Positions 1 to 10,600 of a stretch of 64,000 bases of DNA are shown in pieces. Both the position numbers and the translations under genes were made by a program. This stretch comes from an uncultured Actinomycetes bacterium (lineage in GTDB: Bacteria > Chloroflexota > Dormibacteria > Aeolococcales > Aeolococcaceae), in contig CAZCJX010000005.1 in NCBI GenBank assembly GCA_964499205.1, positions 1,205-65,204 of the forward strand. Reading direction: 5' to 3'. The number at the start of each line of letters is the position of its first letter. Positions within the stretch are counted from its first letter, which is position 1. A model generated the notes under the pieces. That model was not told the DNA's origin. It did not search any database and was given only the letters and a program-made list of their open reading frames with translations.

Positions 1-974
1 GGATACCCGGCGCGGTCCAGGGCACTGCCGACCAGCGCGCCGTCGCGCGGCCAGACGTAGCAGTAGGTGTCGCGCGCGTGTTCGAGGATGTCGCGGTCGG
101 TGGCGGCGATGACCCCGCCGCCCTCGTCGATCAGTGCGCGGGTGATCAGCAGGCTGCGGGTGTACAGCTCCTGGAGATGCGCGGGCAGCGCCTCGACCCG
201 GCGCGACGCGCTGTTGACCCAGCCGCGCCAGTACTTGCGGGTGCGGTCGAGCACCTTCTCCGGCGAGACCTCGCGCACCATGCGGTCGAGCGCCCTGACC
301 TGGCGATACGCGGTTGCCACGCACATCCAGACGTGCGCGGCGGCGCTGCCGCCGGCGGGCACGGCGAGCGAGAAGCCGACGCAGGAGTCGACGGCGCCCT
401 GCTCGATGGCGTGGCCGCTCAGTTCGCCGTCCTCGGCGTCCGCCCAGGTGCCGGCGAGGCCGTGGATGCCGGTGCGCCCGGTGGTGTAGAGGCGCACACC
501 CGCGCGGCCCTGGGCGCCGCCGTTGAAGAGGAAGTAGCGGCTCCCCTTGTAGTGCAGCAGGGCCTGCAGCTCGGGGTCGAAGAAGGCGGTGTCGCCGACG
601 TCGGTGCCGCTGACGTTGAGGTCGTGGTGGGCGAAGACGCGCACCTCGCGCGGCCGGCCGAGCAGGTCGCGCACCGTCACCTGGCGGACGAAGACGTCGG
701 CCTCGAAGTCGACCGCGGCGCGCAGGCGCACCTCGATGCCGAGGTTGGCGTGGGTGCCGACGACGTCGGTGACCAGGGTGTCGGCCTCGTAGGCGACCGA
801 CCGCTCGAAGGAGTCGAACCAGGCGAAGACGCCGTCGCTCCAGAAGCCGAGGCGGCTGGGCGCTCCGGCGTGGTGCTCGGAGCCGACGGACGGGTAGTAG
901 ATGTCACGGAGCCGGCAGGCGTCGTCGAGGTTGACGGAGAGCCTGCCGTTGCCCAGGACCAGGGAGCGCGGCAC
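1..974 (-). CDS. Glycoside hydrolase family 15 (glucoamylase-like), 3' end runs off the window
   Basis: Not in the ORF track. Manual translation from GTG at 974 gives MPRSLVLGNGRLSVNLD...RDIYYPSVGSEHH...DTYCYVWPRDGALVG; YxYxWPRD is the GH15 motif. Confidence 0.85.
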   Translation of the reverse strand, partial: MPRSLVLGNGRLSVNLDDACRLRDIYYPSVGSEHHAGAPSRLGFWSDGVFAWFDSFERSVAYEADTLVTDVVGTHANLGIEVRLRAAVDFEADVFVRQVTVRDLLGRPREVRVFAHHDLNVSGTDVGDTAFFDPELQALLHYKGSRYFLFNGGAQGRAGVRLYTTGRTGIHGLAGTWADAEDGELSGHAIEQGAVDSCVGFSLAVPAGGSAAAHVWMCVATAYRQVRALDRMVREVSPEKVLDRTRKYWRGWVNSASRRVEALPAHLQELYTRSLLITRALIDEGGGVIAATDRDILEHARDTYCYVWPRDGALVGSALDRAGY

Positions 975-1090
975 TTCCCGGCCAGTATAGGAGGGGCTCC
1001 GGGTCGCGCCTGTGACCGCGCCGTTGCCGGGCCGTCTACGGGGGGAGCCCGGCGCGACCGTATAACTGCTCCCAAGGAACCACCCTGAGG

Positions 1091-2443
1091 TTGCGTGTGC
1101 TCGCTGCCGCCCGTCGAACGACACCCTCCCCGGCGTCGCTGGAGACCGTCCCTGCCCCTGCGCGCCCGTCGGTGCGCGACCTGCCCTCCGCGGTCGAGCG
1201 CGACCGGCGGGCCGGGATCGAGCGCGTCATCGAGCTGGGCCGCTGGCTGATCCTCATCTTCGCCGCGGTCACCGCCAACTTCTCCAGCTCGGCGTCGATC
1301 CGCCTCGGCGAGGTCAACCTGCTGCTGGGCAGCTGGGCGCTCTTCAACCTCGCGGTGACCCTGGTGCTGGTGGCCAAGCACCTGCCCGGCAAGCGCACCC
1401 AGTACGCCATGACCGGCCTCGACATCGCCGTGGCCACCGCGCTGGTCTACATGACCGGCGGGTTCGCGTCGAGCTTCAGCCTCACCTTCTACGTGGTGGT
1501 GATCGCCAGCAGCCTGCGCTTCGGCATCAGCGGCAGCCTCGCCTGCGCCACCATCATCAGCCTCTGCTACATCGCCGCCGGCATGGCGGTCGGCCACCGG
1601 CTGCCCACCTACGACGTCTTCGCGTCGCACATCTTCCTGTACTTCGTCGTCGCCGTGGCCACCGGGCTGCTCGCCCGCGAGCTGGCCGGGGCGCGCGCCC
1701 GGCAGATCGCCCACACCTACGAGCTCGAGCACGCCGCCTTCATGGAGCTGCGCGAGGTCGACCGGCTCAAGACCGACTTCATCATGCTGGCCTCGCACGA
1801 GCTGCGCACCCCGCTGGCCAAGATCAAGGCCTGGCTGATGCTGATGCAGGACGCCGGCGACCGCCTCCCTCTCGACGCCCAGAAGGAGGCCACCGAGGTG
1901 CTGCGCAGCGAGACCGAGGCGCTGGCCCGGCTCACCGACAACCTGCTCTGCATCGCCCAGCTGGAGGCCGGCGAGATCCGCCTCAAGACCGGCCCGGTCG
2001 ACCTCGACGAGGTGATCGCCCAGGTCTTCGCCCGCTTCGTCGAGGCCGCCGACCGGCGCCGCTTCCAGACCAGCATCCCCGACGACGCCCGCCGCCTGCT
2101 CGCCGACCACGAACGCCTCGCCCTGGTTCTGGCCTGTCTTGTCGACAACGCGCTGAAGTTCTCGCCCGACGACGAGCCGGTGCTGCTCAGCGCCCAGCGC
2201 GAGGGACGCGAGGTGCGCATCGACGTGCGCGACCGCGGCCGCCGCCTCGCCGACGACCAGATCGACCGCATCTTCAACTCGTTCTACCAGGTGGAGTCGC
2301 CGCTCACCCGCCAGCGGGGCGGCTGCGGGGTGGGCTTGTACCTGGCCCGCCAGCTCACCGAGCGCATGGGTGGGCGGATCTGGGTGGACAACCGCGCGTC
2401 GCGCGGGAACACCTTCAGCCTGACGCTGCCGGTCAACCTGTAG
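1091..2443 (+). CDS. Membrane-bound sensor histidine kinase
   Basis: N-terminal multi-TM region, H-box SHELRTPL, N-box LVDNALKFS, G-boxes DRGRRL and GCGVGLY. Confidence 0.92.
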   Translation: MRVLAAARRTTPSPASLETVPAPARPSVRDLPSAVERDRRAGIERVIELGRWLILIFAAVTANFSSSASIRLGEVNLLLGSWALFNLAVTLVLVAKHLPGKRTQYAMTGLDIAVATALVYMTGGFASSFSLTFYVVVIASSLRFGISGSLACATIISLCYIAAGMAVGHRLPTYDVFASHIFLYFVVAVATGLLARELAGARARQIAHTYELEHAAFMELREVDRLKTDFIMLASHELRTPLAKIKAWLMLMQDAGDRLPLDAQKEATEVLRSETEALARLTDNLLCIAQLEAGEIRLKTGPVDLDEVIAQVFARFVEAADRRRFQTSIPDDARRLLADHERLALVLACLVDNALKFSPDDEPVLLSAQREGREVRIDVRDRGRRLADDQIDRIFNSFYQVESPLTRQRGGCGVGLYLARQLTERMGGRIWVDNRASRGNTFSLTLPVNL

Positions 2444-2471
2444 GCGCGACGCCGCGGGCTACCCTGGTGGC

Positions 2472-3614
2472 GTGGCAGAGCATTTCGACGTCGCCGTGGC
2501 CGGCGCCGGCATCGTCGGCACCGCCATCGCCTACGAGTGTGCCCGCCGCGGCGCCCGCGTGGTGCTGCTCGACCGTGACACGCCCGGCGCCCACGCCACC
2601 GGCGCCGCCGCGGGAATGCTGGCCCCCTGCAGCGAGGCGCACGAGGCCGGCGCCTTCCTCACCCTCGCCCGCCAGAGCCTCGACCTGTGGCCCGACTTCG
2701 CCGCCGCCGTCCGCGAGGACTCCGGCACCGACCCCGAGCTGATCCTCGAGGGCCTGCTCCGCGTCGCCCTCGACGACGCGGCCGCTGACGACGTCCGCCG
2801 GCGCCTCGACTGGCAGGCGCAGGCCGGCATCGCCGGGGGCAGCTGGCTCGACGCCGCCGGCGCCCGGGAGCTGGAGCCCGCCCTCACCGGTGACATCCGC
2901 GGCGCCGCCTGGTACCCCCGCGAGGGCCACGTCAACAGCCGGCGCGCGGTGCAGGCGCTGGCCACCGCCGCCCAGCATCGCGGCGCAGCGCTCCTGGCCG
3001 GCGCCGAGGTGGTCGGTCCCGCCGCGTCCGGCGCCGGGGTGCGCCTCGGTGACGGCGCGGAGATCGCCGCCGACCACGTCGTCCTCGCCGGCGGCGCCTG
3101 GCTCGGCGCCCTGGCGGCCGCCTTCGGCGGTGCCGTGCCCGTCGAGCCGGCCCACGGCCAGATCGCCGTCCTCCACGGCGTCAGCGGCGCGCCCCGCCGC
3201 GTGGTCTACGCCGGCCTGCACGGCTACGTCGTCGCCCGCCGCGACGGCACCGTGCTCGCCGGCGCCACCGAGGAGGACCGCGGCTTCGCCACCGAGCCGC
3301 GCCCCGAGGTCACCGCACACCTCCACACCAGGGCGCAGCGCCTCGTCCCCGGCACGGCAGCCGCCGCCGGCGTCACCGCCTGGACCGGCCTCCGCCCCCG
3401 CACTCCCGACCGCCTCCCGCTGCTCGGCCCGCTGCCCGCCAGCACCAGCGCGACGGCCACCGACGCCAGGCGCCCGCGCACCTGGATCGCCGGCGGCCAC
3501 TACCGCAACGGCGTCCTGCTCGCCCCCGCCACCGCGCGCGGCATGGCCGGCATGCTCCTCGACGGCCGCACCCCGGACGGCTGGCACGCCTTCGACCCCC
3601 GCCGCTTCGGCTGA
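2472..3614 (+). CDS. thiO: Glycine oxidase (DAO family)
   Basis: GAGIVG FAD motif, ATGAAAGMLAP, WTGLRP, GHYRNGVLLAP. Confidence 0.85.
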   Translation: MAEHFDVAVAGAGIVGTAIAYECARRGARVVLLDRDTPGAHATGAAAGMLAPCSEAHEAGAFLTLARQSLDLWPDFAAAVREDSGTDPELILEGLLRVALDDAAADDVRRRLDWQAQAGIAGGSWLDAAGARELEPALTGDIRGAAWYPREGHVNSRRAVQALATAAQHRGAALLAGAEVVGPAASGAGVRLGDGAEIAADHVVLAGGAWLGALAAAFGGAVPVEPAHGQIAVLHGVSGAPRRVVYAGLHGYVVARRDGTVLAGATEEDRGFATEPRPEVTAHLHTRAQRLVPGTAAAAGVTAWTGLRPRTPDRLPLLGPLPASTSATATDARRPRTWIAGGHYRNGVLLAPATARGMAGMLLDGRTPDGWHAFDPRRFG

Positions 3615-3638
3615 CCGCGTACCCTCGCACTTCTCACC

Positions 3639-4418
3639 ATGCGCCTCACCGTCCTCGGCAGCGGATCAGCGTTCAGCGGGGTGGGCCACAACGCCTGCTA
3701 CTGCCTCGACGGCCGCCTGCTCGTCGACTGCGGCTCGCCGGCGCAGCTGCTCCTCCCCCAGGCGGGCGGCGCCATCGAGCGGCTCGACGCCGTCCTGCTG
3801 ACCCACTTCCACGCCGACCACACCGCCATGCTCCCGGTGGTGCTCGGCGCCTGCGCCCTGGCGGTCGACCGCCCGCGGCCGGTCAGGCTGGCCGGGCCGC
3901 CCGGCGTCGCGGAGTACGTCGCCCGGGTGGTCAGCACCGGCTACGGCCAGCACCTGCACAGCCTGATCCTCGACCGCCTCGGCCTGGAGACCACGGTGCT
4001 GCAGGACGGCAGCGACGTCGAGCTGTGCGGCTTCCGCATCCGCGCCCACAGCGTGGTCCACTCCACGGGCCCGTCGCTGGCCTACGCCATCACCGGCCCC
4101 GACGGCGCCACCATCGGCTTCAGCGGCGACAGCACGCTCTGCGCCGGCCTGCGCCGCACCGCCGCCGAGTCGCACGCCATGCTCTGCGAGTGCACCGGCT
4201 GGGATCGCCCTGTCCCGTCGCACATGTGGTGGGAGGAGGTGCAGGAGCTGATCGCCGCCACCCCCGAGACCCGCTTCCTGCTCACCCACCTCTCCGAGCG
4301 CCGCCGCGTCCGCGGCGCCCTGCTGGTGCACGACCTGCTCAGCCTCGACGTCGCCGCGCCCGGCGCGCCGCTGCCGGAACCGCCGGAGACGGTCCGCGCC
4401 GCACGCCAGGCGAGCTAG
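3639..4418 (+). CDS. Metallo-beta-lactamase fold hydrolase (RNase Z-like)
   Basis: LTVLGSG start, THFHADH metal motif, FSGDS, LTHL. Confidence 0.85.
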   Translation: MRLTVLGSGSAFSGVGHNACYCLDGRLLVDCGSPAQLLLPQAGGAIERLDAVLLTHFHADHTAMLPVVLGACALAVDRPRPVRLAGPPGVAEYVARVVSTGYGQHLHSLILDRLGLETTVLQDGSDVELCGFRIRAHSVVHSTGPSLAYAITGPDGATIGFSGDSTLCAGLRRTAAESHAMLCECTGWDRPVPSHMWWEEVQELIAATPETRFLLTHLSERRRVRGALLVHDLLSLDVAAPGAPLPEPPETVRAARQAS

Positions 4419-6823
4419 GCCGGCTCGCGCCCGCGCACGCTCCGCGCCAGCACGGCCCGCCACAGCAGCAGCGGCACGTGGCGCCGCACCCGGTTCCAGG
4501 CACGCCGCCACTGCACCACCTCGCGGTCGCTGAGCCCGCTCGCCGAGAACTCCGCCTTGCCCGTCGCCGCCGCCAGCTGCTCCAGCGCGGCGACGGTGCG
4601 CGCCCGCACCGGCCGCGGCCCCACCTCGGCGGAGCCGTCGCGGTGGGTCACCGTGGTGGTATCGGGCGGCAGCGCCCGGCAGAGCCGTGCCACGTAGGCG
4701 GCATACGTCTCCGACTGCCGCCGCCTGACCCCCAGCACCGCGCCCAGGGCGGCGACCCGCCGCCACGTCGCCGGCAGGGTGCGCGGATGGGCGATCCAGT
4801 TGCGCAACAGCACCAGCAGCAGGGCGATGGCGAGCACCGCCAGCACGCCGCCGAGCAGGCCGGGCGGGATGGTCGGCGCGGTGCCGCCGGCGGCGGCGGC
4901 GCCGTTGTCGGGCCGCGGCGTGGTGGTGGGCTTCGGCGTGGGGGTGGCGCCGGCGCTGCTGCTCGGCGTCGGCACCACGGTGCTCGGCGAGGTGTCGGCG
5001 CCGCGGGGGATGGGGTTGTAGGTGCCGTCGGGTGTGGGCTCGAAGGCCACCCACCCGTACGTCGGGAAGTAGGCCTCGACCCACACGTGGGCGTCGCTGG
5101 TGGTGACCTGGTGCAGCGTCGAGCCGGTGCGGCTGTCGTCGGCGGTGCCCGGCCCGTAGCCGGAGACCAGCCGCGCCGGGATGCCCTCGACCCGCAGCAG
5201 CGCGCCCATCGCCGACGCGTAGTACTGGCAGTAGCCGGCGTGGGTGCGCAGCAGGAAGTCGGTGATCGGCCACAGGCCGGCGCGCGTCTTGGGCGGCTTC
5301 AGCGTGTAGCTGAACACCGTGGTGTCGCGCAGGTGGCGCTCGATGGCGGCAGCCTCGTCGTAGGGGTTGCTCTGCCCCACCGTCCACTGGTTGGCGAGCT
5401 GGCGCAGGGCGGCGATCTGGCTGCGGTCCGACGCGGTGGACGGGTTGAGGTCGAGGTAGGTCTTGGCCACGAAGTCGGGATAGGCGGTGCCCGCACTGCG
5501 CAGCCGGTCGGCGCTCGCCGTCGACACCAGCGCCGTCGAGGTGTAGCTGTTGGTGGTCGTGAAGATGCGGTACTGGTCGACGGTCAGCAGCGCGCTGAGG
5601 TTGTCGCGGGTCAGGCCGTTGGCCGAGCCGGCCACGTTGATCGCCTCCGGCTCACCGGGGAAGATGCCCAGCGTTCCGCCGCTGCCGCCGTCCGACCCGC
5701 TCAGCACCACCTTGGTGGTCACCGGTTGCACCGACGAGGGCGTGGCCACCGCGCCGTCGGCGGGGTCGCGGTCGCGCGGGATCTGGCCGGGGCCGGTGGG
5801 CTGGAAGGTCGAGGTGATCCCGGTGTCGGCACCGTTGCTCGGGCCGTTGGGGAACCAGTTGCCCTCGTTGAAGTAGTTGTCGTTGACCACGCGCAGGTAG
5901 AGGTTCGACGGCGTGTCGGTGGTGTAGGCGAGCACCGGCTGCGGCTGCGACACCAGCGGGCCGCCGGGGATGGTCGAGGGGTCGAAGCGGATCGTGCCCG
6001 GCCCGCTGCCGCCGCCACTGCCGCCGCTGCCCCCACCGCTGCCACCGTGCCCGCCGCCTGACGAGTTGAACTTGAAGAACACCCCGGAGATGTCGTGCGT
6101 CGACGCCGGCGGCACCACCAGTGCCGCGACCAGCAGCGCCACCGCGGCGATCAGGGTGACCCGGCCGAAGCGCCGCTCGGTGCCCGGCAGCGCCACCACG
6201 CCGCTGCGCCGCCAATGCGCCGCCAGGTCGAGCAGGTGGACGCGCCCGATGACCACCAGCGAGAAGACCACGGCCACCGCCTCGGGCACGGCGACGTGGT
6301 CCAGCGACGGTGCGTTCAGGGCATTGACGGCCAGAACTGCGTAGCAGGGCAGCACGGCGAGGATGCCGCGGCGCTCGCGCACCGCCATCCATCCCGTCCA
6401 CGACCCGATCAGCCAGAAGACGCCGCAGAGCCCCACCAGGAAGGCCCAGTCGGCCTGCACGAACAGCCCGGTGGTGAGCGCGTCGACGTACTGCTGCACC
6501 GCGTCGCCGAAGGCGATGTTGTCGGCGCCCGGCATCGAGCCGTAGGTGAGCGGCACCACCACCAGCGTTCCCACCACGGGAAGCAGCAGGAGCGCGACCA
6601 GGCGTCCCACCGACGACCGCGCCACCAGCGCCGCCTCTAGCACCGCCGCCATGGCGGCGAGCAGCATCGCGCCGGTGCCGTCCACCCACCCCGCCGACAT
6701 CACCGCCCACGCCGTCGCCGCCACCGTGCCCAGCGCGGCGAGCAGCACAGCGGTGCTGTTGCCGACGCGCGGCAGGGAGGTGGTGCCGATGCTGCCGCGC
6801 GGCCGGAGAGTTGTTGCCGACAT
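4415..6823 (-). CDS. Transglutaminase-like membrane protein (TgpA-like)
   Basis: Multiple N-terminal TM helices, GYCQYYASAM, HVWVEAYFPTYGWVAFEPTP. Start placed at MSATTLRP. Confidence 0.9.
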   Translation of the reverse strand: MSATTLRPRGSIGTTSLPRVGNSTAVLLAALGTVAATAWAVMSAGWVDGTGAMLLAAMAAVLEAALVARSSVGRLVALLLLPVVGTLVVVPLTYGSMPGADNIAFGDAVQQYVDALTTGLFVQADWAFLVGLCGVFWLIGSWTGWMAVRERRGILAVLPCYAVLAVNALNAPSLDHVAVPEAVAVVFSLVVIGRVHLLDLAAHWRRSGVVALPGTERRFGRVTLIAAVALLVAALVVPPASTHDISGVFFKFNSSGGGHGGSGGGSGGSGGGSGPGTIRFDPSTIPGGPLVSQPQPVLAYTTDTPSNLYLRVVNDNYFNEGNWFPNGPSNGADTGITSTFQPTGPGQIPRDRDPADGAVATPSSVQPVTTKVVLSGSDGGSGGTLGIFPGEPEAINVAGSANGLTRDNLSALLTVDQYRIFTTTNSYTSTALVSTASADRLRSAGTAYPDFVAKTYLDLNPSTASDRSQIAALRQLANQWTVGQSNPYDEAAAIERHLRDTTVFSYTLKPPKTRAGLWPITDFLLRTHAGYCQYYASAMGALLRVEGIPARLVSGYGPGTADDSRTGSTLHQVTTSDAHVWVEAYFPTYGWVAFEPTPDGTYNPIPRGADTSPSTVVPTPSSSAGATPTPKPTTTPRPDNGAAAAGGTAPTIPPGLLGGVLAVLAIALLLVLLRNWIAHPRTLPATWRRVAALGAVLGVRRRQSETYAAYVARLCRALPPDTTTVTHRDGSAEVGPRPVRARTVAALEQLAAATGKAEFSASGLSDREVVQWRRAWNRVRRHVPLLLWRAVLARSVRGREPA

Positions 6824-6860
6824 CAGCCTGAACTCGACACCGCGTCCCCAGCCGCCGCGG

Positions 6861-8057
6861 TCAGGAGCCGACCGCGCGAGAGCGCAGCCCGCCGCCCAGC
6901 TCGTCGCCGCGGCGGATCTGCCACCAGTCGAGGGCCAGCCGCCAGGCGGCGGGGATGCGCAGCGGCGCGCCCGGCGCACCGAACGAGGTCGGCTCGACGA
7001 AGACGGCGAGGTGGCGCTGCCCGCGCACGCCGAGGTCGAGCAGCGCCTCGACCCAGGACTGCTCGCGGTTGCTGGTGATCACCACGATCGAGCCGCGGCC
7101 GCGCCAGCCGTCGCCGTGGCGCTGCAGCGCGGTGGCCAGCGGCACGCTGCCGTCGTCGCCGCAGGTGGCCAGGTAGTCGAGGATGCGCAGGCGCTGCGCC
7201 TCGCCGCGGCCGGCGCCGAAGGCGGTGTGCTGGGCGTCGTTGGTGACCAGCCCGAAGGCCTGGCCGCGACGGATCGCCGCGTGGCACAGCGAGGCCGCCA
7301 CCGACACCGCGTACTCCAGCGAGGACTCCGGCGCCTCGCCGAAGTGGCGGCCGGCCTCGAGGTCGAGCACGACCAGCACGTCGGCGCTCTGCCGGGTGTC
7401 GTAGACGCGGCTCATCAGCTGGCCGGTGCGCGCCGATGACGGCCAGTGGATGCGGCCCATGCCGTCAGCGGGGTCGTACTCGCGGATGGTGGTGACGTCG
7501 GGCGGGGAGTCGACGGGGCGGCCGCGCCCGGCGTCGCCCAGGCCGCCCTCCGCGCTGAGCGGACCCATCTCGCCGAGCGCGTGGATGGCCGGGTAGACCA
7601 GCACCTGGGTCTCGCGGGAGACGCGCACGGTGCGCGGGAAGAGCCCGAAGGGGTCGCCGAGCCGGGCCTCCAGCGGCCCGAAGGTGTAGATGCCGCGGCG
7701 CTGGAAGACCCCGCGCGCCGACCACGAGACCACGTCGCCGCCGCGCAGCGAGCAGGCTCGCCCCGGGATGTAGCCGGGCAGGCGGGTGCGGTCGTGGACC
7801 TCGCAGTAGGCGACGGGGAGGACGCTGCGGTTGCGCACCACGAAACGCTCGGTGAACGGCTCGCCGACCATGTGCGCCCCCTCGGGCGACTCGCGCTGCA
7901 CCTCGACCTTGCGGCTCAGCGCCCTGGCCCAGAAGAAGGCGAGCACCAGGAGGAAGACCAGCACGTAGGCCAGGGTGTAGGCGAGCCGCACCCCGGTGAT
8001 GCCGGCGAAGAAGGCGAGGACGGCGATACAGGCGAGCAGCGGTGCGCGGCTGGTCAT
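6861..8057 (-). CDS. DUF58 domain protein
   Basis: DPFGLF, IREYDPADGMGRIHWPSSAR; lies between MoxR and a transglutaminase gene. Confidence 0.9.
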   Translation of the reverse strand: MTSRAPLLACIAVLAFFAGITGVRLAYTLAYVLVFLLVLAFFWARALSRKVEVQRESPEGAHMVGEPFTERFVVRNRSVLPVAYCEVHDRTRLPGYIPGRACSLRGGDVVSWSARGVFQRRGIYTFGPLEARLGDPFGLFPRTVRVSRETQVLVYPAIHALGEMGPLSAEGGLGDAGRGRPVDSPPDVTTIREYDPADGMGRIHWPSSARTGQLMSRVYDTRQSADVLVVLDLEAGRHFGEAPESSLEYAVSVAASLCHAAIRRGQAFGLVTNDAQHTAFGAGRGEAQRLRILDYLATCGDDGSVPLATALQRHGDGWRGRGSIVVITSNREQSWVEALLDLGVRGQRHLAVFVEPTSFGAPGAPLRIPAAWRLALDWWQIRRGDELGGGLRSRAVGS

Positions 8058-8070
8058 CGCACCATCCCGG

Positions 8071-9027
8071 CTACGCGAAGCGGCGCCCGGCGATGGGAAC
8101 CGTCTCGGTGTCGAGCACCTCGGTGAGCACGGTCGAGGCGGTCACCCCGCGCAGCTCGGCGTTGGGCCGCACCACGATGCGGTGGGTGAGCACGGCGGGG
8201 GCAAGCTCCTTGACGTCGTCGGGGAGCACGTAGTCGCGCCCCTCGGCGGCGGCGCGCGCCTGGGCGGCGTGGAGCAGGCCGAGGCTGCCGCGCGGCGAGG
8301 CGCCCAGGCCCACGTCGGGGTGCTGCCGGGTGCGCTGCACCAGGCGCACGCAGTACTCCTTGATCACCGCGTCGCAGTGCACCGTGGTCACCTCGTTCTG
8401 GCAGCGCTGCAGCTCGATGGCGTCGGTGACCGCCTCCAGCGCGTCCAGCGGCGAGCTCGCCTGGAAGCGGTCCAGCATGGCCACCTCGTCCTCCAGGGAG
8501 AGGTAGCCGAGGTTGACCTTGAAGAGGAAGCGGTCCACCTGGGCCTCGGGCAGCGGGAAGGTGCCGGCCAGCTCCACCGGGTTCTCGGTGGCCAGCACCA
8601 GGAAGGGATCGGGGAGGCGGCGGGTGACCCCGTCGATGGTCACCTGGTGCTCCTCCATCGCCTCCAGCAGGCTCGACTGGGTCTTCGGGGTGGCCCGGTT
8701 GATCTCGTCGGCGAGGAGGATCTGGGTGAACACCGGGCCCTCGCGGAACTCGAAGGCGGCGTCCTTGGGGTTGAAGACGTTGATGCCGGTGACGTCGCTG
8801 GGCAGCAGGTCGGGGGTGAACTGGACCCGCTCGAAGCGGCAGCCGGTGGCCCGCGCCAGCGACTTGGCCAGCAGCGTCTTGCCGACGCCGGGGACATCCT
8901 CGATGAGCAGATGGCCCCGGCAGAGCAGCGTGAGCACGCACTGCTCCACCTCGGACTCCTTGCCGATGATCACCGTGCCGACGCTGTCCACCAGCCGGCG
9001 GACGACCTGCTGGACCAGGCCTGCCAT
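8071..9027 (-). CDS. MoxR family AAA+ ATPase
   Basis: EDVPGVGKT, QFTPDLLPSD, DEINRATPKTQSSLLEAM, GTFPLPEAQVDRF. Confidence 0.95.
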   Translation of the reverse strand: MAGLVQQVVRRLVDSVGTVIIGKESEVEQCVLTLLCRGHLLIEDVPGVGKTLLAKSLARATGCRFERVQFTPDLLPSDVTGINVFNPKDAAFEFREGPVFTQILLADEINRATPKTQSSLLEAMEEHQVTIDGVTRRLPDPFLVLATENPVELAGTFPLPEAQVDRFLFKVNLGYLSLEDEVAMLDRFQASSPLDALEAVTDAIELQRCQNEVTTVHCDAVIKEYCVRLVQRTRQHPDVGLGASPRGSLGLLHAAQARAAAEGRDYVLPDDVKELAPAVLTHRIVVRPNAELRGVTASTVLTEVLDTETVPIAGRRFA

Positions 9028-9290
9028 GGGCTGCTCTCTACCCCTCAATGGTCGGGCCGTGGAAGGCGCGGCTCCGCCGGACGAGTATACGAGCGCCCCC
9101 ACCAAACCCAGCGTTTCGAGCGCATCGAGAGCAAGGGGCACACCGGGGAGGTCGACAGTCGTATACCCACAATGACAGAATCTTGTGGTGTACTAGGCGC
9201 GCATAGCCGTCAAGGCCGTCAAACGACCAGACAAATGCCCGGCCCCCCTCCTCCCCCCGGGGGGCGGCGCTGGGGAAGGGAAAGACGCTG

Positions 9291-9551
9291 ATGCCGGACA
9301 CCGACGACGAGATCCTGACCACGGGTGAGGCCGCCGCCCTCTGCGGCGTCTCCCGCTCGACCCTGCGCCGTGCCGTGGCCCAGGGCCAGCTCACCGCGTG
9401 GCACACGCCGGGCAAGCACCTGCGCTTCACCCGGGGCTCCTGCATGGACTTCGCCCGCCAGCTGGGCCGGGTCGACCTGGTCGGCCGGGGCTACACCGGC
9501 GAGGGAGCGGAGGAGGCCACGGAGCCGCAGCAGATGGGCAGCATCCGCTAG
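9291..9551 (+). CDS. Excisionase/MerR-like helix-turn-helix protein
   Basis: LTTGEAAALCGVSRSTLRR...HTPGKHLRF. Confidence 0.8.
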   Translation: MPDTDDEILTTGEAAALCGVSRSTLRRAVAQGQLTAWHTPGKHLRFTRGSCMDFARQLGRVDLVGRGYTGEGAEEATEPQQMGSIR

Positions 9552-9556
9552 AGCGC

Positions 9557-9910
9557 TTATCGGGCCGCCAGCAGCCCCACGATGTTGGCGCCGACCACCA
9601 CGGCCGTCACCGCGGTGACCACACCAACGCTCACCGCGGCGACGCGCCGGGGGAGCTTGGCCATGGCCAGCAGCAGCAGGCAGTCGACCATGATCTTCTG
9701 CAGCAGCAGCCCGGCCGAGCCGTAGGCGCGGAGCACGCTGACCGTCACCGGGTTGCGCTCGGAGAGACCGAGGTGCAGCCCGGCGGCGGTGGTGAACGCG
9801 TCGAGCAGCTGCACCACCACCGCCACCAGCAGCACCCGTCGCAGCGTCCGGTCGTGGACCACGCGGCCGACGCCGGATGTGTCCCTCGATGAGATCGCCC
9901 TGTCGATCAT
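9557..9910 (-). CDS. Small membrane protein (DUF5658-like)
   Basis: QLLDAFTT...ERNP motif with three hydrophobic segments. Confidence 0.6.
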   Translation of the reverse strand: MIDRAISSRDTSGVGRVVHDRTLRRVLLVAVVVQLLDAFTTAAGLHLGLSERNPVTVSVLRAYGSAGLLLQKIMVDCLLLLAMAKLPRRVAAVSVGVVTAVTAVVVGANIVGLLAAR

Positions 9911-9980
9911 TCCGGTCGAGTATGCGACGGGTTCGGGCGGTTCGCTGTGATCGTGGCCTGGCGTCGGTGTGATGGCCTGG

Positions 9981-10508
9981 TCACGAGGCACGGCGACGTG
10001 CCAGCAGCGCGCCGATGCTTCCCCCTACCAGTGCCAGCAGGTCGCCGGAGATGAGGCCGCCCATGCTCATCGGCCCCAGGTCGATCAGCGTGTGGGTCCC
10101 GCTGGACAGCGAGCTGTGCACCGCGCTCGCCTCCTGGCCGAACTCGAAGAGGGCGCCGACGATGATGAAGCCGACCGCCACCACGGTGCCCTGGTAGAGC
10201 TCGAAGCGACCAGCCAGCCGCGCCGCCAGGTAGGCCCCGGCGAGGACGCCGAGGAAGGTGGCCATGCCGACGATGCCGCCGTCGAGCCGGTTGCGCCCGT
10301 CGCTGCCGAAGGCGGCGTTGGCGATGGCCAGGCCGCCGTCGCTGAGCACCAGGAGGAGCACCTCGCCGGCCAGCAGGCCGATCAGGCAGTGCCGCCAGGA
10401 GACGCTGCCGCCGCCCTCTGCGTCGGTGCGCTGGGGCGCGGCGGGCGGCCGCTCGGCGACGGCGGTGCCCCCCGCGGCGGCGGCCTTGCGGCGGTTCTCC
10501 CGGGACAT
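9981..10508 (-). CDS. Hypothetical four-TM membrane protein
   Basis: Hydrophobic helices and GC3-rich codons. Confidence 0.65.
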   Translation of the reverse strand: MSRENRRKAAAAGGTAVAERPPAAPQRTDAEGGGSVSWRHCLIGLLAGEVLLLVLSDGGLAIANAAFGSDGRNRLDGGIVGMATFLGVLAGAYLAARLAGRFELYQGTVVAVGFIIVGALFEFGQEASAVHSSLSSGTHTLIDLGPMSMGGLISGDLLALVGGSIGALLARRRAS

Positions 10509-10600
10509 CGGCAGCGAGTATAGGCGCGATGGCGGGAGGGGCAACGGTGCGGTCACCGCCGCACCCGTAGGCCCTCCGCCGCCCTACGCTGCGCACTCGC

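Noticed and set aside
4415-9027. MoxR-DUF58-transglutaminase operon as a novel system
   Set aside because: A well-known, widespread gene trio.
9291-9551. Excisionase-like HTH as the element's xis
   Set aside because: It lies 10 kb outside the element among host-like genes, and this HTH family is common in chromosomal regulators.
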